Below are positions 54,331-63,111 of a stretch of 64,000 bases of DNA, piece after piece. Position numbers and translations under genes: made by a program. This DNA is from Myxococcota bacterium (GTDB lineage Bacteria > Myxococcota_A > UBA9160 > UBA6930), in assembly GCA_965223415.1 (NCBI GenBank), contig OZ245002.1, positions 3,232,001 to 3,296,000 of the forward strand, given 5' to 3'. The stretch's first letter is position 1. Each line of letters begins with the position of its first letter. Below the pieces are notes generated by a model that searched no databases, was not told where the DNA came from, and was given only the letters and a program-made list of their open reading frames with translations.

Positions 54331-54971
54331 GCGCACCGGGGGGGCGACGCCTGGTCGACGAGCTGGCGGCCCAGCTCGAGCCGGTGCGGCGGCCCGCGCC
54401 TCCGGCTCTCGTGCTGGGGGTCTGGCTCGCGGCGGGCTGGGCCGTCGTCCTGCTCCTCACCTGGCTGACCGGCCCGTTCCGGCCCGGCGCGGGGGAGCAG
54501 CTCCTCGGGGTGCCACGCTTCGCCTTCGAGTGCCTGCTGGGCCTCGGCGTCGGTGTGGCCGCCGCCAGCGGGAGCTTCGCCCTCGGGACGCCGGGCCGCC
54601 CCGCGGCGGCCTCCCTGCGCGCCGGAGCCGCCCTGGCCGCCGCGTGGATCGGGCTCCTCGGCGTGGGTCTACTCTGGCCGGCCCTCTCCCCTTCCTCCGT
54701 GGGGGCTCGGGCGTTCTGCGACCTGCAGACTGCGCTGTTTGCGATGCCTCCGCTGGGCTTGGGCCTCTGGGCACTGCGCCGCCGGGCCACCCTCGACCGC
54801 CGCCGGGCCGGCCTGTGGCTGGGCCTCGCCGCCGGATCCCTGCCGGCGCTGGTCATGCAGTGGGCTTGCATGTACGACCCGGGCCACGCCCTCGTCTTCC
54901 ACCTCGGTCCGGTAGCGCTCGTGGCGGTGGCCGGGCTCCTCCTGGCTCCCCGCCTGCTGCCCCGAATCTGA
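54327..54971 (+). CDS. NrsF/DUF1109 family membrane anti-sigma factor
   Basis: LVDELAAQLEPVRR, ~6 TMs, two Cys (AFCD; WACMYDPGHALVFHL); GTGA overlap with the sigma gene. Confidence 0.82.
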   Translation: MSAPGGRRLVDELAAQLEPVRRPAPPALVLGVWLAAGWAVVLLLTWLTGPFRPGAGEQLLGVPRFAFECLLGLGVGVAAASGSFALGTPGRPAAASLRAGAALAAAWIGLLGVGLLWPALSPSSVGARAFCDLQTALFAMPPLGLGLWALRRRATLDRRRAGLWLGLAAGSLPALVMQWACMYDPGHALVFHLGPVALVAVAGLLLAPRLLPRI

Positions 54972-55040
54972 AGAAAATCGTCCCTTCGCTGCGACGATCT
55001 TCGCGTCTCTCGCGAACAGGGCTGCGAGGAGGACGATTCG

Positions 55041-55586
55041 ATGGACGCAGCGACCCCCGACCTGGAGCTCGTCGAGGCCGCCCGCCAGGGCGACGCCGAG
55101 GCCTTCCGGGCGCTCCACGACCGCTATCGACCTCGTGTGCAGCGCTACGTGCAGTCCCACATGCGCGATGCCGCCGAAGCCGACGACGTGACCCAGGAGG
55201 TCTTCCTGCGCATGCACCGCGGTCTCGATCGCTTCGAGGGCCGGTCGTCCTTCTCCACCTGGATCCTGGGCATCGCCCGGCACGAGAGCCTCTTCCGGCT
55301 GCGCACCCTGCGGCGGCGGCGGGCGCGGGAGGTGGCCACCGAGCACGATGCCCCCGCCGACGTGGTGCCCCTGGACCGGGCCCTCCACGCCCGCCGCACC
55401 CTGCGGGCGACGACCCGCGTGCTCGAGACCCTGGAGCCCGACCGCCTCGACCTGGTCGTCGCGCCGGTGGTCACCGACGTCTCCGTGGCCGAGCTGGCAC
55501 GCCGCCGCGGCATTCGCACCGGGGCGGTGAAGTCCCGGCAGCATCGCGTCCGGCACGCCGTTCGCACGGCGGTGGGTGACGCCTGA
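55041..55586 (+). CDS. Second ECF sigma factor
   Basis: ADDVTQEVFLR...FEGRSSFSTWILGIAR...GAVKSRQHR. Confidence 0.85.
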   Translation: MDAATPDLELVEAARQGDAEAFRALHDRYRPRVQRYVQSHMRDAAEADDVTQEVFLRMHRGLDRFEGRSSFSTWILGIARHESLFRLRTLRRRRAREVATEHDAPADVVPLDRALHARRTLRATTRVLETLEPDRLDLVVAPVVTDVSVAELARRRGIRTGAVKSRQHRVRHAVRTAVGDA

Positions 55587-55589
55587 CGC

Positions 55590-55654
55590 CTAGCAGGCTG
55601 CGGAAGAACGCCGATGGTACGCAGAGAACGGTGCCTTGGAGGCGCTTTGGCTAG
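55590..55654 (+). repeat. 65-bp direct repeat (CTAG + IS5 terminus + CTAG), copy 1
   Basis: Identical to 56865-56929. Confidence 0.95.
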
Positions 55655-56865
55655 TGTCCTGTTTCGGAAAAAAATACGCAAAATAGTGCGAACTCCCAAC
55701 GTGCAGGGGGCATCTTACCGGCATCACGTTGGGGGGACGTATGGCGAATCGTGGCCGGCCCAAGACGCCGATTGTGCTGACGGATGCGGAGCGAGAAGAG
55801 CTCCAGACGCACGCCAGAAGGCGGAAGAGCGCGCATCAGTTGGCCTACCGCTCGCGCATTGTATTGCTCGCAGAGCAGGGGCTGACGAATGGGGAAATCG
55901 CGGAACGCGTAGGCAAGCGACGAGAGACCGTCGGGATCTGGCGCAAGCGCTTCGTCGAAAAGCGGATCGCTGGGCTCTACGACGAGCCCAAGCCGGGAGC
56001 GCCCCGGACGGTGACCGACGAGCAGGTCGATGAGGTCGTGCGCTTGACGCTAGAGGAAACGCCCACGGGAGCGACGCACTGGTCCGTTCGCCTGATGGCG
56101 AAGCGGGTAGGCCTCCCGACGACGACGGTTCATCGCATCTGGCGAGCATTCAGCCTCCAGCCGCACCGAGTCGAGCGCTTCCGGCTCTCCAACGATCCCC
56201 ATTTTGTGGACAAGGTGGTGGATATCGTCGGCCTGTACATGTCTCCGCCGGCGAACGCGGTCGTCCTCTGCGTCGACGAGAAATCGCAGATCCAAGCGCT
56301 GGAACGGAACCAGCCTGTCTTGCCGATGCAACCGGGCCGGGCGGAGCAGCGCACACACGGATACCTACGCCATGGCACGACGACACTCTTTGCCGCACTC
56401 AACATCGCAACGGGCGAAGTGATCGGATCCCTCCATCGCCGGCACCGCACGGAGGAGTTCCTGAAGTTCCTCAGGACGATCGACGACAACGTACCCGCCG
56501 AACTCGACATCCATCTCGTGCTCGACAACTACACCACGCACAAGACGAAGCGAACTCGGAGCTGGCTCGCGCGCCACCCTCGTTTCCACGTGCACTTCAC
56601 CCCGACGTACAGCTCATGGCTGAATCAGGTCGAGCGGTTCTTTGCACTCATCACCGAGCGTTGCATCCGTCGCGGCGTGCATCGCAGCACGAGGGCGCTC
56701 GAGAACGACATCCGGAGCTTCCTGAAGACGACGAACGACGATCCGAGACCCTTCGTCTGGACCAAGACCGCGGATCAGATCCTCGCGAGTGTGCGGCGCT
56801 ACTGTGGTCGCGTCCTCGACGTCCACTCCGATTCTAATCGAGTGGTTTCTTCTGGAACAGGACAC
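55654..56865 (+). mobile_element. IS630-family insertion sequence, TA (CTAG) flanks
   Basis: IRs GTGTCCTGTTTCGGAA / TTCTGGAACAGGACAC. Confidence 0.92.
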
Positions 56866-56868
56866 TAG
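55741..56868 (+). CDS. IS630-family transposase
   Basis: [50 protein letters not shown]; the stop codon is supplied by the flanking CTAG. Confidence 0.95.
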   Translation: MANRGRPKTPIVLTDAEREELQTHARRRKSAHQLAYRSRIVLLAEQGLTNGEIAERVGKRRETVGIWRKRFVEKRIAGLYDEPKPGAPRTVTDEQVDEVVRLTLEETPTGATHWSVRLMAKRVGLPTTTVHRIWRAFSLQPHRVERFRLSNDPHFVDKVVDIVGLYMSPPANAVVLCVDEKSQIQALERNQPVLPMQPGRAEQRTHGYLRHGTTTLFAALNIATGEVIGSLHRRHRTEEFLKFLRTIDDNVPAELDIHLVLDNYTTHKTKRTRSWLARHPRFHVHFTPTYSSWLNQVERFFALITERCIRRGVHRSTRALENDIRSFLKTTNDDPRPFVWTKTADQILASVRRYCGRVLDVHSDSNRVVSSGTGH

Positions 56869-58159
56869 CAGGCTGCGGAAGAACGCCGATGGTACGCAGA
56901 GAACGGTGCCTTGGAGGCGCTTTGGCTAGGAAAGGAGCGCGGAATCGAGGCCTTGCCGCCGGTTGACGCCCGGCTCGCTGCCAACGGGGCCCTCCACTCG
57001 ACCCGACAAGCTACGTGGGGCATAGCAGGTTCCTCATCCTCACAAGGTTGTAGGCCGCCTGGGTGAACGTGAACATCCAGCCCACCCGCTCCTTGCCGCG
57101 ATGCTTCACCTTGCGAATCGGGCCTACCGTCTTCCCCCAGCCGAAGACCTGCTCGATCGCCTTGCGTTTGCGCTGGCTGATCTCGTAGCCCACGTGCGTC
57201 GTCGTTCGATCATCGATCGCGCTGCGGCGGCCCTTGTCGTTCTGCGCAACGTGCGGGGTCACGCCCAGCTCTCGAAGCTCTTCGACATGCGACACCGTGT
57301 CGTAGCCCTTGTCTCCGCCCAACGTCGATCGCCGTCCGCGTGGCACCCGCTTCACCATCGCCACCGAGGCCTCGCGCTCCGCCGTGCCCGTGGCCAGCGT
57401 CGTCTTGGCCGCCACCACCAGGCCATGCCGGTTCTCCGTCACCACGTGGCCCATGAAGCACAGCTTCGCTTCCTTCCCCTTCCCCTTGCGGTAGAGCCGG
57501 GACTCCGGGTCCGTCGTCGAGGCGTGCGTGTCGTTCTTCCTACGCTCACCGTGGAAGTCCCGCTCCGTCGCCTTCCGTCCACCCCCGCGGCCGCCCCGGT
57601 CCTCGTCCTTCGGCCGAAAGCTCTTCTGCCCCGCCCATGCCTCGATCAGCGTGCCGTCCACCGTGAAGTGCTCGTCCGACAGAAGCCCCTCCTCGCGGGC
57701 CTCCGCCAACACGGCCTGAAAGAACCCCTCCGCGATCTCTCCCCGAAGCAACCGATCCCGATTCTTCGTGAACACCGTCACGTCCCAGACCCGGTCGTCC
57801 ATCTCGAGCCCCACGAACCAGCGGAACAGCAGGTTGTACTCGAGCTGCTCCATCAGCATCCGCTCGCTTCGCACCGAGTAGAGCACCTGCAGCAGCAGGG
57901 CCCGCAACAGGTGCTCGGGCGGAATCGACGGCCGACCCGTCCGCGAGTACAGCTTCCGCAACCTCCCGTCCAGCCGGACCAGGGCGCGATTCGTCATCTC
58001 CCGCGTCACGCGCAGTGGATGATCGGCGGGGACACGCGCCTCCGGCGACACGTAGCTGAACATCGTGGACTGCGTTCGATCGGTTCCGCGCATCTCCATC
58101 CCCCCGGTATGCCTGTACCAACCGATTCGACCCGTCGCACGGGGTTTTTCCGCAGCCTG
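56869..58159 (-). mobile_element. IS5-family insertion sequence (1291 bp), CTAG flanks; related to but distinct from 25247-26516
   Basis: IRs CAGGCTGCGGAA / TTCCGCAGCCTG; CTAG at 56865-56868 and 58160-58163. Confidence 0.92.
57011..58093 (-). CDS. IS5-family DDE transposase
   Basis: MRGTD...DHPLR, HFTVDGTLIEAWAG, LGGDKGYD, RKAIEQVFGW. Confidence 0.93.
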   Translation of the reverse strand: MRGTDRTQSTMFSYVSPEARVPADHPLRVTREMTNRALVRLDGRLRKLYSRTGRPSIPPEHLLRALLLQVLYSVRSERMLMEQLEYNLLFRWFVGLEMDDRVWDVTVFTKNRDRLLRGEIAEGFFQAVLAEAREEGLLSDEHFTVDGTLIEAWAGQKSFRPKDEDRGGRGGGRKATERDFHGERRKNDTHASTTDPESRLYRKGKGKEAKLCFMGHVVTENRHGLVVAAKTTLATGTAEREASVAMVKRVPRGRRSTLGGDKGYDTVSHVEELRELGVTPHVAQNDKGRRSAIDDRTTTHVGYEISQRKRKAIEQVFGWGKTVGPIRKVKHRGKERVGWMFTFTQAAYNLVRMRNLLCPT

Positions 58160-58239
58160 CTAGGAGTTCCTCCGTTCGCGCCGGCGCGAGCGCGCCAGCT
58201 CGTTCGATCACGACGTGTCGGCTTGGCTAGGTTGTCGCC

Positions 58240-58962
58240 GTGATCTACGGGGTCCGGTACTTCCTGATCGTGGTCTACACCGTGCTGTGGGGAACGCTCG
58301 GCAGCGCCATGGCGTTCTTCGACCGGGAAGGGCGCTTCACCTGCTGGGTGGCGCGAAGCTGGATCCGTTGGGTGGTCGTGACCTGCGGCGTGCGCATCCA
58401 GTGCGAGGGGCTCGAGAACTTCGATCACGAGCGACCCTTCGTGCTGATGACGAACCACCAGAGCGTCTTCGACATCGCTGCCATCGTGCTGACCCTTCCC
58501 ACGGAGTTCCACTTCGTCGCCAAGAAGGAGCTGGCCTACATCCCCTTCTTCGGATGGGCCCTCGCGTGGTCCGGCGTCGGCGTCATGGTGGACCGCAGCA
58601 ACCACGACCGCGCCGTCGCGAGCCTCAAGGCCGCCGCCGAGCGGGTCCGCGGCGGCGCCCGCGTGATCATCTTCCCGGAAGGCACGCGCAGCCCGACCGG
58701 CGAGCTCCAGGCCTTCAAGAGCGGCGGCTTCCACCTGGCGATCCAGGCCGGCGTGCCGATCGTTCCCGCCACCGTCTCGGGCACCTTGAAGGTCACGCCG
58801 CGGCGAAGCCTGCGGGTGGACAGCGGCACGATCAAGATCGTCTACGGCAAGCCCATCGAGACCGAGGGCCTCGACACCGATGCCCGCAGCGCGCTCAAGG
58901 ACCGGGTGCGTGAGGCGATCCAGGCGGGCTTCGACTGGGAGCTGCAGGCGCCGGCGGGCTAG
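58240..58962 (+). CDS. plsC: 1-acyl-sn-glycerol-3-phosphate acyltransferase
   Basis: NHQSVFD, FVAKKEL, FPEGTRS, FKSGGF. Confidence 0.88.
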   Translation: MIYGVRYFLIVVYTVLWGTLGSAMAFFDREGRFTCWVARSWIRWVVVTCGVRIQCEGLENFDHERPFVLMTNHQSVFDIAAIVLTLPTEFHFVAKKELAYIPFFGWALAWSGVGVMVDRSNHDRAVASLKAAAERVRGGARVIIFPEGTRSPTGELQAFKSGGFHLAIQAGVPIVPATVSGTLKVTPRRSLRVDSGTIKIVYGKPIETEGLDTDARSALKDRVREAIQAGFDWELQAPAG

Positions 58963-59120
58963 AGCCCCTCTCGCGACTCCTCCCGTCGCCAGGCACGCGC
59001 CTGCAGCCTCCCGGCCGCGTTGCGCTCCCTGCGCCGTGGGCTCCGCGACGCCTCGGTCGCCCGCCTTGTCAGGAGGCCGCAGGCGCGCACCTGGCTCGGT
59101 CCGGATTCGTGGGGTGGGCT
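58963..59120. mobile_element. Putative 158-bp MITE-like hairpin element at a CTAG site
   Basis: CTAG|AGCCC...GGGCT|CAAG; inner arms 58988-59011 and 59072-59095 match at 21 of 24 positions. Confidence 0.6.
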
Positions 59121-59212
59121 CAAGGACGCTGCCCTCGGAGGCGTGCTTGCCGACGCCCCCCGGCCGACTACGCTTGCTTCATTGCCCGTCCCACGGGGTG
59201 AGGGACTCGGGA

Positions 59213-61630
59213 ATGGCCGAGGCTGCGCGCGGATCGCGCCGCAGGAAAAGACGAAGCGGGCGTGCCCGCCGCTCCGGGAGGGGCGCCATCGAGACCGTCG
59301 GCCGCGAGATCGCGGGCGTCGCGCTGGTCGCCCTCGCCCTGCTGGCGGGTATCGCGCTCATCACCTACGACGCCGCCGATCCGATCGGCGTCTGGCAGCC
59401 CGTTCACAACGGCGGTGGCGTGGCCGGCGCCACCGTCGCCGGGCTGCTGGTGCGGGCGATGGGCGCCGGTGCGGCGGTTCCGGTGGCGGGGCTGCTGCTG
59501 CTCGGCCTCCGCCTGCTCCTGCCCGGGACGATCCAGCTTCCGGCCACGCGCTTCTGGGTCGGGGCGGCGCTCCTGCTCCTCTCCCTCTCCGCCCTGCCGG
59601 AGCTGCTGGCCTCCCTGGCGCCGCACCTGGCGGTGGGGAGCGGCGGCTGGCTCGGGGGGATCCTGGCACCCGCCGAGCGCATGCTGCTCTCGGGCCCCGG
59701 GGCGCTCGCCCTGAACGCGCTGGCCCTCCTGGTGGGTGTGCTCGGGGTGGTGGGGGTTCCGCCGGGCGTGGCCCTCGCCCGGCTCGGACGCGGCGCCGCC
59801 CTCGCGGCCCAGCGGACCGGGGCAATCCTCGCAGGCGGGCTGGCCGCCGCCCGGGAGGCGACCGGGCGGGCGGGGCGCCGGCTGGCGCGGTTTCCCGCGG
59901 CCTTCACCGTGTGGCGGGAGCAGCGCGCCCGGCGCGCCCGGCGTCACTCGAGGGAGGAGGCTCCGGAGACGCAGATCGCCGACGCGCCCGTGCCGGCGGA
60001 AGCGCTGCCGGCCCCGGAGCTGCCGAAGCCGCCCCGGGCCAAGAAGGGCGCTCCGCCGGACATCGTCGACCACCGCGACCGGCGCAAGCCGGAGCCGGAG
60101 CAGGAGGCCTTCACCTTCTCGGAACGGACCTCCTTCGGCCCCTACACGCCGCCGGACGTGTCCGAGATCTTCCAGGCGCCGCCGGCGGGCGGGCGCCGCT
60201 ACGACCGCGACAGCCTGATCATGAACTCGCGGATCCTCGAGAAGAAGCTCGCCGATTTCGGGGTGAACGGGCGCGTGGTGACGGTGCACCCGGGTCCGGT
60301 GATCACGATGTACGAGTTCGAGCCCGCACCCGGGGTCAAGGTCAACCGCATCACGAACCTGTCGGACGATCTGGCTCTCGCGCTGCGGGCGCTCTCGATC
60401 CGCATCATCGCGCCGATTCCCGGCAAGTCCGTGGTCGGTATCGAGGTCCCGAACCCGGACCGCGAGGTCGTCTACATCCGCGACCTGCTCGAGTCGAAGT
60501 CGTTCCGGAGCGGTGGCTCCAAGCTCACCCTGGCCCTCGGCAAGGACATCTTCGGCAACCCGGTCGAGGGCGATCTGGCGGTGATGCCCCACCTGCTGGT
60601 GGCCGGCGCCACCGGTACCGGCAAGAGCGTGTTCCTGAACTCGCTCCTGTGCTCGATCCTCACCCGCGCCACGCCCGACGAGGTGAAGCTCCTGCTCGTC
60701 GATCCCAAGCTCCTCGAGCTGTCGATCTACGAGGGCATTCCGCACCTGATCGCCGAGGTGGTGACCCAGCCGAAGCGCGCGGCGGCGGCGCTCCAGGGCA
60801 TCGTCCAGAAGATGGAGGAGCGCTACCAGATGATGGCGGCGCTCGGCGTGCGCAACATCCGCCAGTACAACGCGCGGGTCGAGGAGGCCCTCGCGGAGGG
60901 CGAGAAGACCTTCCGGCTGAAGCCGCTGCCCGGCGAGGAAGAGGGCCGCGAGGTCGAGTACCAGACCATCCCCTACATCGTCGTGGTGATCGACGAGCTG
61001 GCGGACCTGATGGTCGTGAGTGCGCGCGACGTGGAGGAGAGCCTCCAGCGTCTGGCCCAGATGGCGCGGGCCGCCGGCATCCACCTGGTGCTCGCGACCC
61101 AGCGTCCGAGCGTCGACGTGCTGACCGGCATCATCAAGGCGAACTTCCCCTCGCGCATCTCCTTCCAGGTCTCGTCGCGCACCGATTCCCGGACCGTCCT
61201 CGACCAGGGCGGCGCCGACGCCCTGCTCGGCCAGGGCGACATGCTGTTTCTGCCGCCCGGCACCTCCAAGATCCAGCGGCTGCACGGCTCCTACGTCTCC
61301 GAGAAGGAGGTGACCGAGCTCGTCCGACATCTCCGCGCCCAGGGAGCGCCGAAGTTCGACGACGATCTCGTGCGCCTCGAGGCGTTGGCCGACGCGGGCG
61401 AAGGCGGAATGCCCGATGAGGAGGCGGACGAGCACTACGACCTGGCGGTTCAGATCGTCGCCGAGACGCGCAACGCCTCCATCTCCTACATCCAGCGGCG
61501 GCTCAAGGTCGGCTACAACCGGGCGGCGCGGATGATCGAGCAGATGGAGCGCGAGGGCGTCGTCGGGCCGCAGATCGGCACCCGTCCCCGCGAGGTCTTC
61601 GTCCAGCAGCTCGGCGGCGAGGAGGAGTGA
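59213..61630 (+). CDS. ftsK: DNA translocase FtsK
   Basis: N-terminal TMs, PHLLVAGATGTGKS, IDELADLM, ATQRPSVDV and gamma domain IQRRLKVGYNRAAR. Confidence 0.96.
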   Translation: MAEAARGSRRRKRRSGRARRSGRGAIETVGREIAGVALVALALLAGIALITYDAADPIGVWQPVHNGGGVAGATVAGLLVRAMGAGAAVPVAGLLLLGLRLLLPGTIQLPATRFWVGAALLLLSLSALPELLASLAPHLAVGSGGWLGGILAPAERMLLSGPGALALNALALLVGVLGVVGVPPGVALARLGRGAALAAQRTGAILAGGLAAAREATGRAGRRLARFPAAFTVWREQRARRARRHSREEAPETQIADAPVPAEALPAPELPKPPRAKKGAPPDIVDHRDRRKPEPEQEAFTFSERTSFGPYTPPDVSEIFQAPPAGGRRYDRDSLIMNSRILEKKLADFGVNGRVVTVHPGPVITMYEFEPAPGVKVNRITNLSDDLALALRALSIRIIAPIPGKSVVGIEVPNPDREVVYIRDLLESKSFRSGGSKLTLALGKDIFGNPVEGDLAVMPHLLVAGATGTGKSVFLNSLLCSILTRATPDEVKLLLVDPKLLELSIYEGIPHLIAEVVTQPKRAAAALQGIVQKMEERYQMMAALGVRNIRQYNARVEEALAEGEKTFRLKPLPGEEEGREVEYQTIPYIVVVIDELADLMVVSARDVEESLQRLAQMARAAGIHLVLATQRPSVDVLTGIIKANFPSRISFQVSSRTDSRTVLDQGGADALLGQGDMLFLPPGTSKIQRLHGSYVSEKEVTELVRHLRAQGAPKFDDDLVRLEALADAGEGGMPDEEADEHYDLAVQIVAETRNASISYIQRRLKVGYNRAARMIEQMEREGVVGPQIGTRPREVFVQQLGGEEE

Positions 61631-62412
61631 GGCGCTCCTGCGGGCTGGCGCTCGCCGGCGCCCTGGCCTGGGTGCTGGCGGCGAGCTCCGCTGCCGGCGG
61701 CGACCCGGCGGCACCGCCCGCGGAACCGCCTGCGGAGACTGCGGCGCCGCCCGCGGCACCGCCCGCGGAGACTGCGGCGCCGCCCACACCGACCGCCGAA
61801 CCCCCGGCGGACGGTGCGGCGTGCGCGGAGGCAGCGGCCGGCAGGGTGCAGAGCTACTACGACGACGTGCAGGACCTGGCGGCCGCGTTCCGCCAGACCA
61901 GCCGCAGCGTCGCCTTCGGAGGCGCAGCGGGTCCGGACCAGCTCGCCGCCGGCCGGGTCGAGTTCGCGAAGCCGGGCAAGATGCGCTGGAGCTACACCGA
62001 GCCGGAGCCCAGCGAGGTCGTGAGCGACGGCTCCACCCTCTGGATCTACGACCCGGCGGCGAAGGAGGTGCAGGTCCTCGAGGTGGGGGAGGCCTTCCTG
62101 TCCGCCGCCGCCATCCAGTTCCTGCTCGGCTCCGGCCGGATCCTGGAGACCTTCTCGGTCGCCGCGCGAGATTGCGCCGCCTCGCCGCTGCAGCTCGTGC
62201 TGACGCCGAAGCAGCCCGCCAGCTACGAGCGTCTCGAGCTCCATGTCGATCCCCAGAGCGGCGTGATCGCCCGCACCGTCGTGCTGGATCTGCTCGGCAA
62301 TCGCACCGAGGTGGCCTTCGACGATCTCGAGACGAACCGCTCGCCGCCGGCGGAGCGGTTCGTCTTCCAGGTGCCGGAAGGCGTTCGAGAGCTCCGGCTT
62401 CCCGGGCGCTGA
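61627..62412 (+). CDS. lolA: Outer-membrane lipoprotein carrier LolA
   Basis: Signal peptide; AAFRQ, KPGKMRWSYTEP, VSDGSTLWIYDP, FVFQVPEGV; follows ftsK. Confidence 0.9.
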   Translation: MRRSCGLALAGALAWVLAASSAAGGDPAAPPAEPPAETAAPPAAPPAETAAPPTPTAEPPADGAACAEAAAGRVQSYYDDVQDLAAAFRQTSRSVAFGGAAGPDQLAAGRVEFAKPGKMRWSYTEPEPSEVVSDGSTLWIYDPAAKEVQVLEVGEAFLSAAAIQFLLGSGRILETFSVAARDCAASPLQLVLTPKQPASYERLELHVDPQSGVIARTVVLDLLGNRTEVAFDDLETNRSPPAERFVFQVPEGVRELRLPGR

Positions 62413-62760
62413 GTTCGATCACTCGGTTGGCGGCAGCACGCCGAATTGCGGGCCGGTGCGCAGCCGGTGCGCAATCCGCCCTCCCCGTGCTCAGTTCGGG
62501 AAGAGCGTCTCCACGCTTCCGCTGTCCCTGCAACGGCGCGCGTAGCGTCGGCGGAGCGACACCAGCGTCAAGAACACGGCGTCGCGACGGCGCAGCGATG
62601 CCTCGCGGAGCGGCACCCGGGGGGCAGCTTCCAGCGGAATTCCGCTCGCGGAAAGGGGTTTGTCCGGGCCCTTCCCCGGGGTCTTCGCCCTGCGGGTGGG
62701 TGAAGGAAGGGAAGCGGCGTGGCGGCGCGGACCTGGGCGCTCGCTTGCACACGCGAGTGC

Positions 62761-62788
62761 TTGACACCCCTGGGGCCTGTCCTATGCT
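62761..62788 (+). promoter_or_regulatory. Near-consensus sigma70 promoter upstream of arc
   Basis: TTGACA-N16-TATGCT. Confidence 0.7.
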
Positions 62789-63111
62789 CGATCGGTGAAA
62801 ATGCACGTGAAAACAAGGGGTTCGGGGATTTTGATGCACCCCCCGGGCCGACCCGCGGCGGGGCGCAATGGGTGTGCGGGTCACCCGCATGCGAGCGTCC
62901 ATCGCCGCGAGGGCGAAGCCGAAGCGCCGGCGCACGGGGCTGCCACTTCCTCTTCGATGAGGCGACGCCCCCTCGCACCTGCCGGTCCCCTCCCGCGTTC
63001 CTCTCGCTTCGACGCACCGACCCCCCGGGCGGCCTCCGGGCCGCGGCATGGGCTTTGCAGTCTCCCGGAGCAGCTCCGTGGTGGGCACGGAGTCAACCAG
63101 GAGAGGGCGCA

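Noticed and set aside
62450..62515. Cobalamin-riboswitch-like words (CGGTG..AATCCG, GGGAAG)
   Set aside because: The upstream GGGAA, GCAACTGT/GCCACTG and B12-box elements are missing, and no B12-related gene follows.
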